DNA from: a virus
Taxonomy: Duplodnaviria; Caudoviricetes
IMG/VR virus record: IMGVR_UViG_3300005573_000187
Coordinates: 1 to 36,702 of that record
Reading direction: 5' to 3' (one strand)
Length of the DNA stretch: 36,702 nt
Part shown: positions 25,251-34,548 of the stretch, piece by piece
Numbering within the stretch: the stretch's first letter is position 1
Layout of the letters: every line of letters begins with the position of its first letter
Notes under the pieces: model-generated
Seen by the model: only the letters and a program-made list of their open reading frames with translations
Databases searched by the model: none
Told to the model about the DNA's origin: nothing
Made by a program: the position numbers and the translations under genes

Positions 25251-25921
25251 TTTCAAACATCATTTGTTTTTTATGTGGAAAAACGGGGTGCGGTAAATCT
25301 TATACTTTGAATTATATTTTGAATCGTGAATACGAATTAAAGAGAAGAAAGGGGATTGTAGTTTTAGATTTGAGAGATGATCACCTTTCACTTTTAAAGC
25401 TTTCAGATTTTCATTATCTTAAAATAACTCCATTGATTTTTAATTATTACGATTTAGATTGGGCAGGAATTTTACAAAAATATCCTTATTTAATCATTTC
25501 ACCATATAAACTTTCAAGAGAAGAATACGAAAAATTGGCCGACGATATTGCTAAAGGAATAACAGATATTGGAAATAGAATTTATGTTTTAGAAGAGGCA
25601 GGAATGGCCTTTCCAGTTTATAGTGGAATTAGAAGAAATTTATCAGTTTTAATTACGACGGGGCGAAAATTAGGAATTGACTTTTATTTTACAAGTCAGA
25701 GACCATCTTTTGTTTCAACTGTTGCTGTTTCACAATGTAATGTTAGAATTTCTTTCGCAATGGATGATGTTAATGATATAAATAGGGTAAAAACTTATTT
25801 TGAAAATGTTGATATTTCAAAATTAAAAAGATTTGAATTTGTTGCAAGAAATGAATTTAATCACGAGCAAGTAATTGGAAATACAAATAATTTAAAAAAT
25901 TTGGATAAAATTTTATGGTAA
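25247..25921 (+). CDS. FtsK/HerA-superfamily genome-packaging ATPase (P9/A32-like)
   Basis: 224 aa from ATG 25247. Walker A GKTGCGKS at the N-terminus, 'VVLD', Walker B YVLEEA, 'TTGRKLGI' arginine finger and 'TSQRP' sensor; no extra domains. Confidence 0.87.
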   Translation: MISNIICFLCGKTGCGKSYTLNYILNREYELKRRKGIVVLDLRDDHLSLLKLSDFHYLKITPLIFNYYDLDWAGILQKYPYLIISPYKLSREEYEKLADDIAKGITDIGNRIYVLEEAGMAFPVYSGIRRNLSVLITTGRKLGIDFYFTSQRPSFVSTVAVSQCNVRISFAMDDVNDINRVKTYFENVDISKLKRFEFVARNEFNHEQVIGNTNNLKNLDKILW

Positions 25922-25926
25922 AGGTC

Positions 25927-25956
25927 TTGACAAAATTTTATGACAAAAATTATAAT
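25927..25956 (+). promoter_or_regulatory. Consensus sigma70 promoter
   Basis: TTGACA(25927)-N18-TATAAT(25951), 8 nt before ATG 25965. Confidence 0.7.
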
Positions 25957-25964
25957 AAAATAAT

Positions 25965-26261
25965 ATGACAAAAGATTTAGAAATCCTTGAGAGAGCTATT
26001 GGTGTGGCTGGAAGTATTATTGCCAGCGAACACTTTTTTTCTACCTTACTTTCAAGTCCTTGGACAACTCAAAAATTTTGTGATACTTTAGAAGAACAAG
26101 AATTAGTTAGAAGAATGTTATTTTTGGCAAGCGGAATTTCATTAGTTTTTGCTGGAGGAGTTAGTTATTTAATAAAGGATAAATACCCTATTATATTTAC
26201 ATTTATACTTTGTTTATTTTATATTGTCGTGTATGAAAAGTCATTGAAAAAAGAATTATAA
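25965..26261 (+). CDS. Small multi-TM membrane protein
   Basis: 98 aa with 2-3 hydrophobic segments. Confidence 0.7.
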   Translation: MTKDLEILERAIGVAGSIIASEHFFSTLLSSPWTTQKFCDTLEEQELVRRMLFLASGISLVFAGGVSYLIKDKYPIIFTFILCLFYIVVYEKSLKKEL

Positions 26262-26266
26262 AAACT

Positions 26267-26524
26267 ATGGATTTAAGTCCAGAAATTGTAAATTTAGGAG
26301 CATTAGCAATAGTTTTTATATTTTTTATTGACAAACTTTTTTTATATTTGAAAAACAAAAAAGATAAAAATTTTAATGATCTTATCATTAAAATTTTAAA
26401 TAATTTGAAAAATAATGATCTTTCAGATATCACAAAAAAAATTGATAGGTTAGAAGATAAAATAGATTTTAAATTTAATGAAGTAATTAGAATTTTAATT
26501 GAAATTAGAGAGAAAGTTAAATAA
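26267..26524 (+). CDS. TM plus coiled-coil protein (holin/BhlA-like architecture)
   Basis: N-terminal TM 'LGALAIVFIFFI' followed by a heptad-patterned segment. Confidence 0.55.
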   Translation: MDLSPEIVNLGALAIVFIFFIDKLFLYLKNKKDKNFNDLIIKILNNLKNNDLSDITKKIDRLEDKIDFKFNEVIRILIEIREKVK

Positions 26525-26627
26525 TGATGATAAAACAAATAAATTTTAGTAATTTAAAAATTATTAGATGAAGTGATATAATAAAGTTAGACGACTTTAA
26601 AAGGTCGTAAAATAAAAAAATAAAAAT

Positions 26628-26810
26628 ATGAAATTTTTAGAAGGACTTAAAACTTATATTGTAGGGGTTCTTATAGTAATTTTTGCGATTTGCTATGCTT
26701 TGAATTTAATTGATGGAGAAACTTTTTCCAAGTTGCTTGGGGTTTTTTTGGGTTTAGGAGCAATAACAATGAGAAAGGCAATTGCAAAATTAGAACCAGA
26801 AAAAAAATAG
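26628..26810 (+). CDS. Two-TM holin-like protein
   Basis: 'L.G.KTYIV...LG...MRKAI.K'; AGGTCG leader at 26602. Confidence 0.6.
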   Translation: MKFLEGLKTYIVGVLIVIFAICYALNLIDGETFSKLLGVFLGLGAITMRKAIAKLEPEKK

Positions 26811-26826
26811 AAAATTTTAGTTTTTG

Positions 26827-26863
26827 TGGGGTTGATATTGATACTATTTGTCATATCAGCCCC
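26827..26863 (+). terminator. Stem-loop, probable terminator
   Basis: GGGGTTGATA / TATCAGCCCC arms (one G-U) in the intergenic gap. Confidence 0.5.
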
Positions 26864-26957
26864 TTATAATAAATTCTAAAAATTTTGAGTTCTTGACAAA
26901 GATTGTAAAAAAATAAAATAAAAAAAGGTAAAATTTAATAAAAAAATAAATAAATTT

Positions 26958-27176
26958 ATGACAAAATATAAATATGTAAAATGTAGATTTTGTGGAAAAA
27001 AAATTCGTTATAAAAGTCCTCCAAAATATTTAACTAGGAATGGAATAGATCCTACTCGTTTAAGAGCAGTTAGACAACATTATAAAAAAGCACATCCAAA
27101 AAAATGGAAGGTAATTGTTAAAAAAGCAATAAAAACAAGAAAAAAAAGGAAAGAAAAATTGAAAAGATTGAAATAG
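26958..27176 (+). CDS. Basic C2H2-type Zn-finger protein
   Basis: CRFCG ... HYKKAH. Confidence 0.7.
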   Translation: MTKYKYVKCRFCGKKIRYKSPPKYLTRNGIDPTRLRAVRQHYKKAHPKKWKVIVKKAIKTRKKRKEKLKRLK

Positions 27177-27179
27177 GTC

Positions 27180-27207
27180 TTGACAGAAATTTAAAAAAAA
27201 TTAAAAT
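27180..27207 (+). promoter_or_regulatory. Promoter of the jelly-roll capsid operon
   Basis: TTGACA(27180)-N16-TAAAAT(27202), followed by hairpin CCCTCAC/GTGAGGG (27231-27257) and AGGTCG at 27261. Confidence 0.7.
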
Positions 27208-27300
27208 AAGATAATGAACACACAAAAAAACCCTCACTTTCAAAATTATCGTGAGGGAAAAGGTCGTAAAAAAATAAAAAATTGAAATAATAGAAAAAAT

Positions 27301-27591
27301 ATGGCAGATGTTTTAAAAGAAGGATGGAGAGAAACCTTTAGAGTTGCTACTCTTGTTAAAATTTTAGTTGCTTTTATTAGTTATGCTGTTGCAAGATTGA
27401 TTCATACTTATGTAGTAAGTAAGATATCTACGCTTCAAAAATTTCCAGAGGTTTCTGACTTATTAGTGATGGTTGTTGGAGCTGGATTTACCAGAGGAGA
27501 TACCCAAGATGCAGTTTTAATTGGTGCTGGTTTATCATTGTTAGATAATCTTGCTACAAGATTTGGTGCTACTTGGTTAAAGGTCAGATAA
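27301..27591 (+). CDS. Hydrophobic virion membrane protein candidate
   Basis: 96 aa, three hydrophobic Gly/Ala-rich helices, immediately upstream of the paired capsid genes. Confidence 0.65.
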   Translation: MADVLKEGWRETFRVATLVKILVAFISYAVARLIHTYVVSKISTLQKFPEVSDLLVMVVGAGFTRGDTQDAVLIGAGLSLLDNLATRFGATWLKVR

Positions 27592-27619
27592 ATTTAATTT
27601 CAATTGAAAGTGTAAAATT

Positions 27620-28144
27620 ATGAACAGAGAGACAATTCACCAAAATTATTCTTATGTAACGAAACAAGCAAATGTTGCTAATGCCGATAGTCCAATAGCA
27701 ATTCTTACTATTCCTGCTGGAAGAATTTATAGATTAGCTCACGAAACTCCTTTGGTATTGAAACTTTATACTTCAGGCGGAACTGAAATTTCAAGAGCTT
27801 CAAAAGTTTATCTTGCTTGGCAAGCGCCAGTTGGTGAAACAAAATATCAAGTTGGGAGAACAATGACTTATGGAGTATTCGCAGATCTTTCAGTTGACCA
27901 GCAATATGACATCAATACGCAAGCAAAGAGAATGATTGAAATTACCGATGAAGAGATTGTTAGATATCAGAATAGACAAGAAAATTTAATAGATGGATTG
28001 GGTGCAGATTATAAAATTTTACTAATGCTGAATTCTCCTGATGTGGTAAGTTGGACACAATCTGGCACTCAATTTAACTTTGATGTGTTTGTTTTGACTG
28101 CTCAAGAATTTGAGGGAGAAAAGAAGGGTAGAAAGGTCGCTTAA
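27620..28144 (+). CDS. Small single-jelly-roll major capsid protein (P23-77 VP16-like)
   Basis: 174 aa, beta-rich. 'TIPAG.....PLVLKLYTSGGTEISRASKVYLA' and 'Y..F.DLS..QQ.D' match my recollection of VP16 (PVILKLYDTGGNQLP..TDVFLA; Y..YYDLTEAQLRD); paired with a larger beta protein. Confidence 0.82.
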   Translation: MNRETIHQNYSYVTKQANVANADSPIAILTIPAGRIYRLAHETPLVLKLYTSGGTEISRASKVYLAWQAPVGETKYQVGRTMTYGVFADLSVDQQYDINTQAKRMIEITDEEIVRYQNRQENLIDGLGADYKILLMLNSPDVVSWTQSGTQFNFDVFVLTAQEFEGEKKGRKVA

Positions 28145-28185
28145 TTTTAGGCCAATCTTTAAAATTAGATTGGTGTGAGAAAACT

Positions 28186-28935
28186 ATGGAAAAACAAATT
28201 ATTAGACAATCAGGAATTCTTACAAATACGGATTTTACTATTACTCCGAATCAAGTTGGATATGAAAGCGAGATAGCCACTTATAAAGTTCCACAAAACA
28301 GAGTTGTAGAACTTCCTGATAAGCTTATTAGATTAAAATTGATGACAAAGGAAACTTTCTCCTTTACCTCTCCCACTAATGCAACAGAGAAAAGTTGCGT
28401 TTTGACTTATCCAATTGTTCAAGATCCATTGGTATCTTTAGTTCGCAATGCTGTAATTGTTGTTCAAAGAAGTGCTGGAGGAAGTCCTACAAATGTTGAA
28501 TGGACAAATTTCACTGTTACCTTGCCAAACACTGTAACGATTAAGGGATTGACTCAAAGCACAGATTATGTCTATGATATCTTTTATCTCTTTTCAGATG
28601 GAAGCGTAAATATAACGATTGTTTCTGATGATGCAACCGTTAGAACAAAAATTTTAGAAAGTTCAATCGTAGGAATTAATCAATTGAATCAATTAGATTC
28701 AAGGAAAGGATTAAGATATGGAAAGATAAATATGATTCTTCCTGATAGGTGGCAAATTCAAGTTAGGGTTATAACTAGTGCTTCAATTGTTTTATATGAT
28801 CCAGTTGCAGATAGCGGGGCAAAAAGCAGGTTTGCAAGACATTCTTATATTGAATTGCCAGTAGATATTTCCAGTATTTTTCAATGGGGAGAAGAAGTTA
28901 GAGATATTGCTAAAGAAAGAGCTATGATTTACTAA
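28186..28935 (+). CDS. Large single-jelly-roll major capsid protein (P23-77 VP17-like)
   Basis: 249 aa, beta-rich. 'NTDF', 'IATYKVP', 'IFYLFSDG', 'NQ', 'HSYIELPV' correspond in order to recalled VP17 motifs (NEDF, LAQMKTP, IYYVHGDG, DQ, HYIQI). Confidence 0.75.
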   Translation: MEKQIIRQSGILTNTDFTITPNQVGYESEIATYKVPQNRVVELPDKLIRLKLMTKETFSFTSPTNATEKSCVLTYPIVQDPLVSLVRNAVIVVQRSAGGSPTNVEWTNFTVTLPNTVTIKGLTQSTDYVYDIFYLFSDGSVNITIVSDDATVRTKILESSIVGINQLNQLDSRKGLRYGKINMILPDRWQIQVRVITSASIVLYDPVADSGAKSRFARHSYIELPVDISSIFQWGEEVRDIAKERAMIY

Positions 28936-29013
28936 TTTTAACAAAGTTGGATTTAGGTTCTGAAAGCTGAAGATAAATATGAGAGCTGAAGATTTAATAA
29001 AAAAAATAAATAA

Positions 29014-29059
29014 AAGGCAAGTTCAACCACTTCCTCCTTGTAAGTGAGTAACTTGCCTT
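29014..29059 (+). terminator. Stem-loop after the capsid genes
   Basis: AAGGCAAGTT / AACTTGCCTT arms followed by ATTTT, about 10 nt before the next ATG. Confidence 0.55.
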
Positions 29060-29069
29060 ATTTTAAAAT

Positions 29070-29726
29070 ATGACAGAACAACAATGGGTAGGATGGGTAA
29101 GAAAATGGTTTTCTCTTACACCTCAACAATTAATAGCATTAACAGCAAGGGCAGAAGCCCAAGAAGATTGGGTTCGTATTGGAAATAGTGCCTTACAAGC
29201 AGTAATCAATGTTATTCATAATAGAAGAATTCATCCACCACAATACTTTTACAACAATCCACAAATTTTAGGAGCAAGTAGAATTTTACAAGAAACGAGT
29301 TCGCCTTATCACGCAATAATTTTAGGATATCAACAATTTAGTTGTTATTTGTCAGAATATTCAGAAATTACAGAACATTATACAGATCCAGATACTTTCA
29401 ATTATTATTTGAAAAATAATAAATGCTTGCAAGCGTGTATGAGATTAGTAGATGCATTAGTCAATGGAACTTTAATAGATATTACAGGAGGAGCAGATCA
29501 TTATGTAAATCCAAGAATAACTCAACCCTCAATCGTAGAAAATTTTAATAGAACAATGGTTTATAGAACAGATATAGGACAGCATAGATTTTGGTCAGCA
29601 CCGCCTCACTATTGGGAAAATCCACAAAGGTTTAAACCTCCTGAATATGTAGCAGGAAAACCACAAACAGAATTATTAAGAGTTATAGTTCCAGCTACTG
29701 GAATTATAATGGGAGGAGGGGTATAA
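29070..29726 (+). CDS. Cell wall hydrolase (SleB / Hydrolase_2 family)
   Basis: 'ALTARAEA', 'AVINVIHNR', 'QFSC', 'DITGGADHY.NP', 'IGQHRF'. Confidence 0.88.
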   Translation: MTEQQWVGWVRKWFSLTPQQLIALTARAEAQEDWVRIGNSALQAVINVIHNRRIHPPQYFYNNPQILGASRILQETSSPYHAIILGYQQFSCYLSEYSEITEHYTDPDTFNYYLKNNKCLQACMRLVDALVNGTLIDITGGADHYVNPRITQPSIVENFNRTMVYRTDIGQHRFWSAPPHYWENPQRFKPPEYVAGKPQTELLRVIVPATGIIMGGGV

Positions 29727-29799
29727 TAAATATGACAAAAATTTTTAAGACAAAGGTTGTAAAAATATTTTAAAGGTCAAAATAAAACAAAATAAAATA

Positions 29800-30804
29800 A
29801 TGGAAATAAGTTCATATCCCGCACAAGTTACCGCTAGTTCTTATGGAGCAAGGTTTAGAACAGGACCTGCAACTACCTATTCAATAAAGTATTCTTTTGG
29901 AGCTGGGTATAAATTTACGGTTGTAGGTTATGTCAATGGAGAAATAGTAGATGGTGAAAATAGATGGTGGAAAGTTTCAGATGGAACTTATGTTTGGGTA
30001 GGGGCAACGATAGAAAAACCAGCAACGATTTCAATTCCATCTCCGACTCCTATATCAACTCCCACTCCCACTCCCACTCCCACTCCTACTCCTACACCTA
30101 CTCCTACACCTACTCCTACACTTACTCCTACACCCACTCCCATCCCTCAAGAATATTGGTTATATGGAGGAGTGATTGATAACAGCACAAGAAATCCTCT
30201 TTCAGAAGTTAAGATAAATGCTTTTGGAATTGCCTCTACTACAACAAATTCAAATGGATATTTTGAGATTAAATTTACTCAAGAATATTCTGGCCAGGTA
30301 ACAGCAAGTAAAGATGGATATAAAACAGCAACCCAATATGTTCAACTTGGTTATCCATCAAAAGCAATACTTTTTTATCTAGATCCTATTGTGACTTCAG
30401 AATATCCAAAGCAAGTAACTCTTGGTTGGAATGCCAATGTTAGAACAGCACCAAATAGACAAGCAATAATTGTTAAGGTTTTGCCAGCAGGTTCTACATT
30501 TACTGCAGTAGCAATGATTCAAGGAGAAAATGTTGATGGCAATGCAAATTGGTATAAAACATCAGAAGGTTATTACATTTGGCAAGGAGCAGAAACAGAA
30601 AAAGAAGCAGAAATAGAAAAAGGGAATAAAGATAAAATTCCATCGCTTGAAAATTATGTTTGTCCTTGGTGTGATCAAAAATTTGGGACGAAAGAACAAC
30701 TTACTGAACATATGGAAAAATGTCCTAAAAAACCAATAACGAATAGTTGGATCATTCCAGCACTTATTATTGGTGGTTTGATTTTCTTAATACGAAAAAA
30801 ATAA
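29800..30804 (+). CDS. Membrane-anchored protein with two SH3b-like domains, PT linker, beta-sandwich and Zn finger
   Basis: Two repeats 'R..P......G..FT....GE.VDG...W.K...G.Y.W.G'; (PT)n linker; 'VTASKDGY' carboxypeptidase-regulatory-like domain; CPWC..H...C; C-terminal TM. Confidence 0.75.
   Translation: MEISSYPAQVTASSYGARFRTGPATTYSIKYSFGAGYKFTVVGYVNGEIVDGENRWWKVSDGTYVWVGATIEKPATISIPSPTPISTPTPTPTPTPTPTPTPTPTPTLTPTPTPIPQEYWLYGGVIDNSTRNPLSEVKINAFGIASTTTNSNGYFEIKFTQEYSGQVTASKDGYKTATQYVQLGYPSKAILFYLDPIVTSEYPKQVTLGWNANVRTAPNRQAIIVKVLPAGSTFTAVAMIQGENVDGNANWYKTSEGYYIWQGAETEKEAEIEKGNKDKIPSLENYVCPWCDQKFGTKEQLTEHMEKCPKKPITNSWIIPALIIGGLIFLIRKK
30040..30147 (+). repeat. Pro-Thr coding microsatellite (6-nt units)
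   Basis: CCCACT / CCTACA / CCTACT runs encoding (PT)n. Confidence 0.9.
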
Positions 30805-30805
30805 T

Positions 30806-31573
30806 ATGAGAGATTTTGTTAAACAGATTCAATCTGAAAGTTTTAAACTTGGGGGAAAAATTTTACAGTTTTTTTCGGGTTGCATTAATAGGGCAGAAAA
30901 TTTTATGAAAACTCAATGGAATGTTGATAAAGATGGAGAAAAAAATGGAGAATTGGATAACGCAACATCAGTTGAAATATTTTACATAATTTATAAGTTT
31001 CCTGATATTCTTGAAAAGCGAAATAGATATAGATTAAAAGAAGACGAAATAATTTCTGAAATCAATTATCTTTTAAATCACGAGGGGATAAAAGATTGGA
31101 AAATAAAAAAAGTTAGTGATTGGGTTTTTAATATAAGCACAATCCATTTTGGAGCAGTAAGACCAAAACCAACAATCACATTAGGAAAATCATCTTTGTG
31201 GGAAACAACCCAGATTGTAGGACAGTTATTGCTTTTAAAAGGATTTTTCATTACGGCAGTTGTAATTATTAGAAATGGAGTTTGGTTATATTACGCTTGG
31301 CACGATAATCCAACATCAACTGAAATTTTTGAAATTATGAATTTAATGAATTTTTATGAGAGAGAAAATGTAATTGATGATGTAGTAGAAAAAACGATTA
31401 TGAATATAGCAAAAGATGAGCAAAAAGGAGGATTTGTTGAAAAAATAGAAACTTGGGCAAAGATTGTTTTGGTAATTTTAGTTGTTTTGACAATAACTTA
31501 TATTTTGAGTGAATGGAGAAAAACTGGAGAATTTTTTAAAAAAGGTCTTGATATTTTAGACAAAAAAGATTAA
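30806..31573 (+). CDS. Hypothetical membrane-anchored protein
   Basis: 255 aa with a C-terminal TM helix. Confidence 0.65.
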   Translation: MRDFVKQIQSESFKLGGKILQFFSGCINRAENFMKTQWNVDKDGEKNGELDNATSVEIFYIIYKFPDILEKRNRYRLKEDEIISEINYLLNHEGIKDWKIKKVSDWVFNISTIHFGAVRPKPTITLGKSSLWETTQIVGQLLLLKGFFITAVVIIRNGVWLYYAWHDNPTSTEIFEIMNLMNFYERENVIDDVVEKTIMNIAKDEQKGGFVEKIETWAKIVLVILVVLTITYILSEWRKTGEFFKKGLDILDKKD

Positions 31574-31581
31574 AATAAAAT

Positions 31582-31941
31582 ATGGAAAAAGAACAAGAAG
31601 AAATTAAAACTTTAAAAGAAGAACTGAACGAGATTAAATCTCTTTTAAAAGATATTCTTGAAGAACTAAAAACAAGCGATGAAAATGAGGATTTTTTTAA
31701 ATCCTATCGTCTTTCAGATGTGGATGAGAGCGGAACTATTCGTTATTATGGCTATTTGAAAAAAAATGGAGATTGGATAATAGAAGCTTATGATACTTCA
31801 ACAGGGGAGAGAAGATTTGCAATTTCTGATAAATTAATAAAGAGGACAAAAGAAGAAAAAGGATATATAAATGCTTGGGAAAATAGACAAAAATTAACAT
31901 ATTTGTTATTTTATGAAATTTTTCCAGAAATACAACCTTAA
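31582..31941 (+). CDS. Hypothetical structural protein
   Basis: N-terminal coiled coil, then 'YYGY....G.WII' and 'AWENRQ.LTY'. Confidence 0.6.
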   Translation: MEKEQEEIKTLKEELNEIKSLLKDILEELKTSDENEDFFKSYRLSDVDESGTIRYYGYLKKNGDWIIEAYDTSTGERRFAISDKLIKRTKEEKGYINAWENRQKLTYLLFYEIFPEIQP

Positions 31942-31970
31942 TTTAAAGGTCTTATTAAAAAAATAAAATT

Positions 31971-32123
31971 ATGGAAAAAGAGGAAAAAGATATAAAAGTT
32001 TCTATCTACGATCCTTCAATTAATGCTTTTAGGGAAGTTCCTTTGGAATTGGCAGAAAAGTTTGTAGAAGAGGCAAAAAAAGTAGAAAAGGTTATAGAAA
32101 AAATAAAAAAAGAAGAAAAATAA
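31971..32123 (+). CDS. Small protein (50 aa)
   Basis: Not in the ORF track. MEKEEKDIKVSIYDPSINAFREVPLELAEKFVEEAKKVEKVIEKIKKEEK, preceded by an AAAGGTCTT leader variant. Confidence 0.6.
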   Translation: MEKEEKDIKVSIYDPSINAFREVPLELAEKFVEEAKKVEKVIEKIKKEEK

Positions 32124-32124
32124 T

Positions 32125-32661
32125 ATGGTTCAAGAAATTGCCAAAGGAAAAGATAATGTAGGAGTTGCTCAATTAAATAAATTAATAGAAAAGTTTACTG
32201 AAAAAGCAGTTTGGACTATTAGGAAATTCAAAAATAGAGAAGATTTTGAAAATAATAAACCTTATGAAATAAGTAAAATTGAAGGAAACATTCTTTTAAA
32301 CTCTGGAATAAATGAACTCTTTACAATCATTTGCTCTTCTGGTGGAACAAAATGGGATGCTACAAATGCTTATTTAGGAGTGGGAGATAGTAATACTACG
32401 GAAAATGCTACTCAAACTGATTTGTTAGGAACTAACAAAACTTACAAAGGAATGGTTTCTGGTTATCCTACTTATGGAACAAATCAAAAAGCAACTTGGA
32501 AAGCTCAATTTACAGAGAACGAGGCAAATTATGCTTGGCAAGAATTTGTTTTAAGAAATGGGGCTAGTTCTGGAACTTGCTTAAACAGAAAAGTTTATGA
32601 TCAAGGAACAAAAACTTCAGGACAAATTTGGGAATTAACTTTAGAGATTTCTTTAAGCTAA
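32125..32661 (+). CDS. Fibre/spike-associated beta protein, paralog 1
   Basis: 'N.LLN.G', 'YLGVGDS......TQTDL', 'F...EAN..W.E', 'K.S...W.LT.EI'; similar to 34899..35432. Confidence 0.6.
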   Translation: MVQEIAKGKDNVGVAQLNKLIEKFTEKAVWTIRKFKNREDFENNKPYEISKIEGNILLNSGINELFTIICSSGGTKWDATNAYLGVGDSNTTENATQTDLLGTNKTYKGMVSGYPTYGTNQKATWKAQFTENEANYAWQEFVLRNGASSGTCLNRKVYDQGTKTSGQIWELTLEISLS

Positions 32662-32708
32662 AAGCACAAATGAAATAGTTTGAAAATGTGCTTTTAGTAT
32701 AAATTTTG
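32659..32708 (+). repeat. 50-bp direct repeat, copy 1
   Basis: 45/50 identical to 35430-35479; this copy forms a hairpin (TAAAAGCACA/TGTGCTTTTA). Confidence 0.85.
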
Positions 32709-32712
32709 AATT

Positions 32713-34548
32713 ATGGCTTGGCTCCAAAATTGGACATACCGCAAAAAAATAACAATTTCAGGTTCAAGCGGTGCTGGAACGAATTACCAAGTTCTTTTAA
32801 AAGTTGGAGAAAGTTCAGGTGCTACTGGATACGATTTTCATTTAGAAGGACATTCAGCAAATTTTCCCTCTGGCAAAAATCAGGGTGGTGATATAAGATT
32901 TACCGCCGATGATGGAACCACTTTATTAGATTTTTGGGTAGAAAATGTAAGTGGAACTTCTCCAAATAGAGTTGCTCATATCTGGGTTAAGGTTTCAGCG
33001 GATTTAGGAACTGACAAGTATATTTATTGCTATTATGGAAATCCAAACGCTACAAATGCGAGCAATGGAGATAATACATTTTTGTTCTTTGATGATTTTG
33101 ATGATAACTCAATAGATACAAATAAATGGTATGAGGAAAATTATGGCGGGGCTGATTGTGTTGAACAAAATCAAAGAATGGAACTTACAGGAACTTCAGC
33201 AAATTCGTGGGCCCAACTTGTTTCGCAAAATACAATAAACATACAAAATACCGAACTAAAAGTAAGATTGAGAAATGCGGTGGCTGATAGAGTTGATTTA
33301 TATCTATCTTTAACCAAACCAGCATCTGGTGGTGGTCATATATATGATCAGCCAAATTATTATCGCTCATTTTTAGAGAAATATGAGGGACTTTATTTTA
33401 GGGTGGCTCGCAAAGTAAATGGTAGCGGAACTCTTCTTTATCAAGGAAGTTATCTTTCAAACGATGAAGATATAAAAGTTAGAGTCGCTGGAAATACAAT
33501 ATATTTTTTTGAACAAGACACTCAAAGATATTCAGAAACTTACCAACTTTCAAGTTATAATTGCTATATTGTATTTAATGGTGGTTTTGTTTCAGGCACT
33601 ACTGGAACTGATTGGGTAGATGAATTGCGTGTCCGCAAATATGTTTCCCCCGAACCAGCATTCAGTTCGGCAGATGCGGAGGAAAAATTAATAATACTTT
33701 CAGATTCTGGTTCAGGAATAGATATAATTGGAACAAAAGAAAATTTTTCATTAGCAGATTATGGAAATGGGCTAGATGTAATTACATTAAAACAATTGAC
33801 AGCAATTACAATTTCGGATTTAGGATTAGGAACAGAAACTGGATTAGAAGTAAAACCAACAAAATTAGTTCAAGATTTAGGGACTGGCCAAGATTTAGTT
33901 TTTCCAATTCAAGCAAAATTAACTCTTTCTGATTTAGGAAGCGGAGTAGATACAATTGGAATTTTATTAAAGTTTTTAATCCAAGATTCTGGAATAGGAA
34001 GGGAAACTTTATTAATTGGAATATCAAATTTAGTTCAGGATTCAGGAATTGGGATTGAAAAATTAGGAATTTGGGAAAGTATAAAAGTTTCAGATTCAGG
34101 AATAGGAAGTGATTTAATTTGCTCTATAATTTTAAATTTATTAGAAGAAATTGGAATAGGAAAAGAGTTTATTTACAAAAAAATTACTTGGAAACCTTCT
34201 ATTATAGATGATGAAGATTTCTCAAAACCAATAATTGTTCAAGAATACAGAACAGTTGTTCCTTTGCCTCTTTGGATAGATAAGCTAGTAGAGGCAGGAG
34301 AAACATCAGATGAGATAGATGTTTCAGAACTTGGTTCTTTTGGAGCTTTAATTGAAGTTAAAAGTCAAACAAGTGTAGAAATTCAAATTGAAACTGCTTG
34401 GGGATGGGAAACAATTGATACAATAGATTTTGATGATCCAAATGGTGGAAGCCAATTTTATCCATTTTGGTCAATTCAATTTGAAAAAGTTAGATTATTA
34501 TTTACAAAGGCTACAACTGTCTCCTTACAATTATATTGTAGAACTTAA
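32713..34548 (+). CDS. DUF2341-like / lectin-like adhesin with a repeat stalk
   Basis: 'WL.NW.YRKKITI', 'DIRFT..DG.TLL.FWVE', 'WVKV', 'YYGNP', 'FFDDF'; about nine DxGxGxD/E repeats in the C-terminal half. Confidence 0.75.
   Translation: MAWLQNWTYRKKITISGSSGAGTNYQVLLKVGESSGATGYDFHLEGHSANFPSGKNQGGDIRFTADDGTTLLDFWVENVSGTSPNRVAHIWVKVSADLGTDKYIYCYYGNPNATNASNGDNTFLFFDDFDDNSIDTNKWYEENYGGADCVEQNQRMELTGTSANSWAQLVSQNTINIQNTELKVRLRNAVADRVDLYLSLTKPASGGGHIYDQPNYYRSFLEKYEGLYFRVARKVNGSGTLLYQGSYLSNDEDIKVRVAGNTIYFFEQDTQRYSETYQLSSYNCYIVFNGGFVSGTTGTDWVDELRVRKYVSPEPAFSSADAEEKLIILSDSGSGIDIIGTKENFSLADYGNGLDVITLKQLTAITISDLGLGTETGLEVKPTKLVQDLGTGQDLVFPIQAKLTLSDLGSGVDTIGILLKFLIQDSGIGRETLLIGISNLVQDSGIGIEKLGIWESIKVSDSGIGSDLICSIILNLLEEIGIGKEFIYKKITWKPSIIDDEDFSKPIIVQEYRTVVPLPLWIDKLVEAGETSDEIDVSELGSFGALIEVKSQTSVEIQIETAWGWETIDTIDFDDPNGGSQFYPFWSIQFEKVRLLFTKATTVSLQLYCRT

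Noticed and set aside
25247-25921. ATPase as conjugative coupling protein or inovirus Zot-like ATPase
   Set aside because: Too small, no TM segment, no T4SS or relaxase genes; context is paired jelly-roll-like capsid genes.
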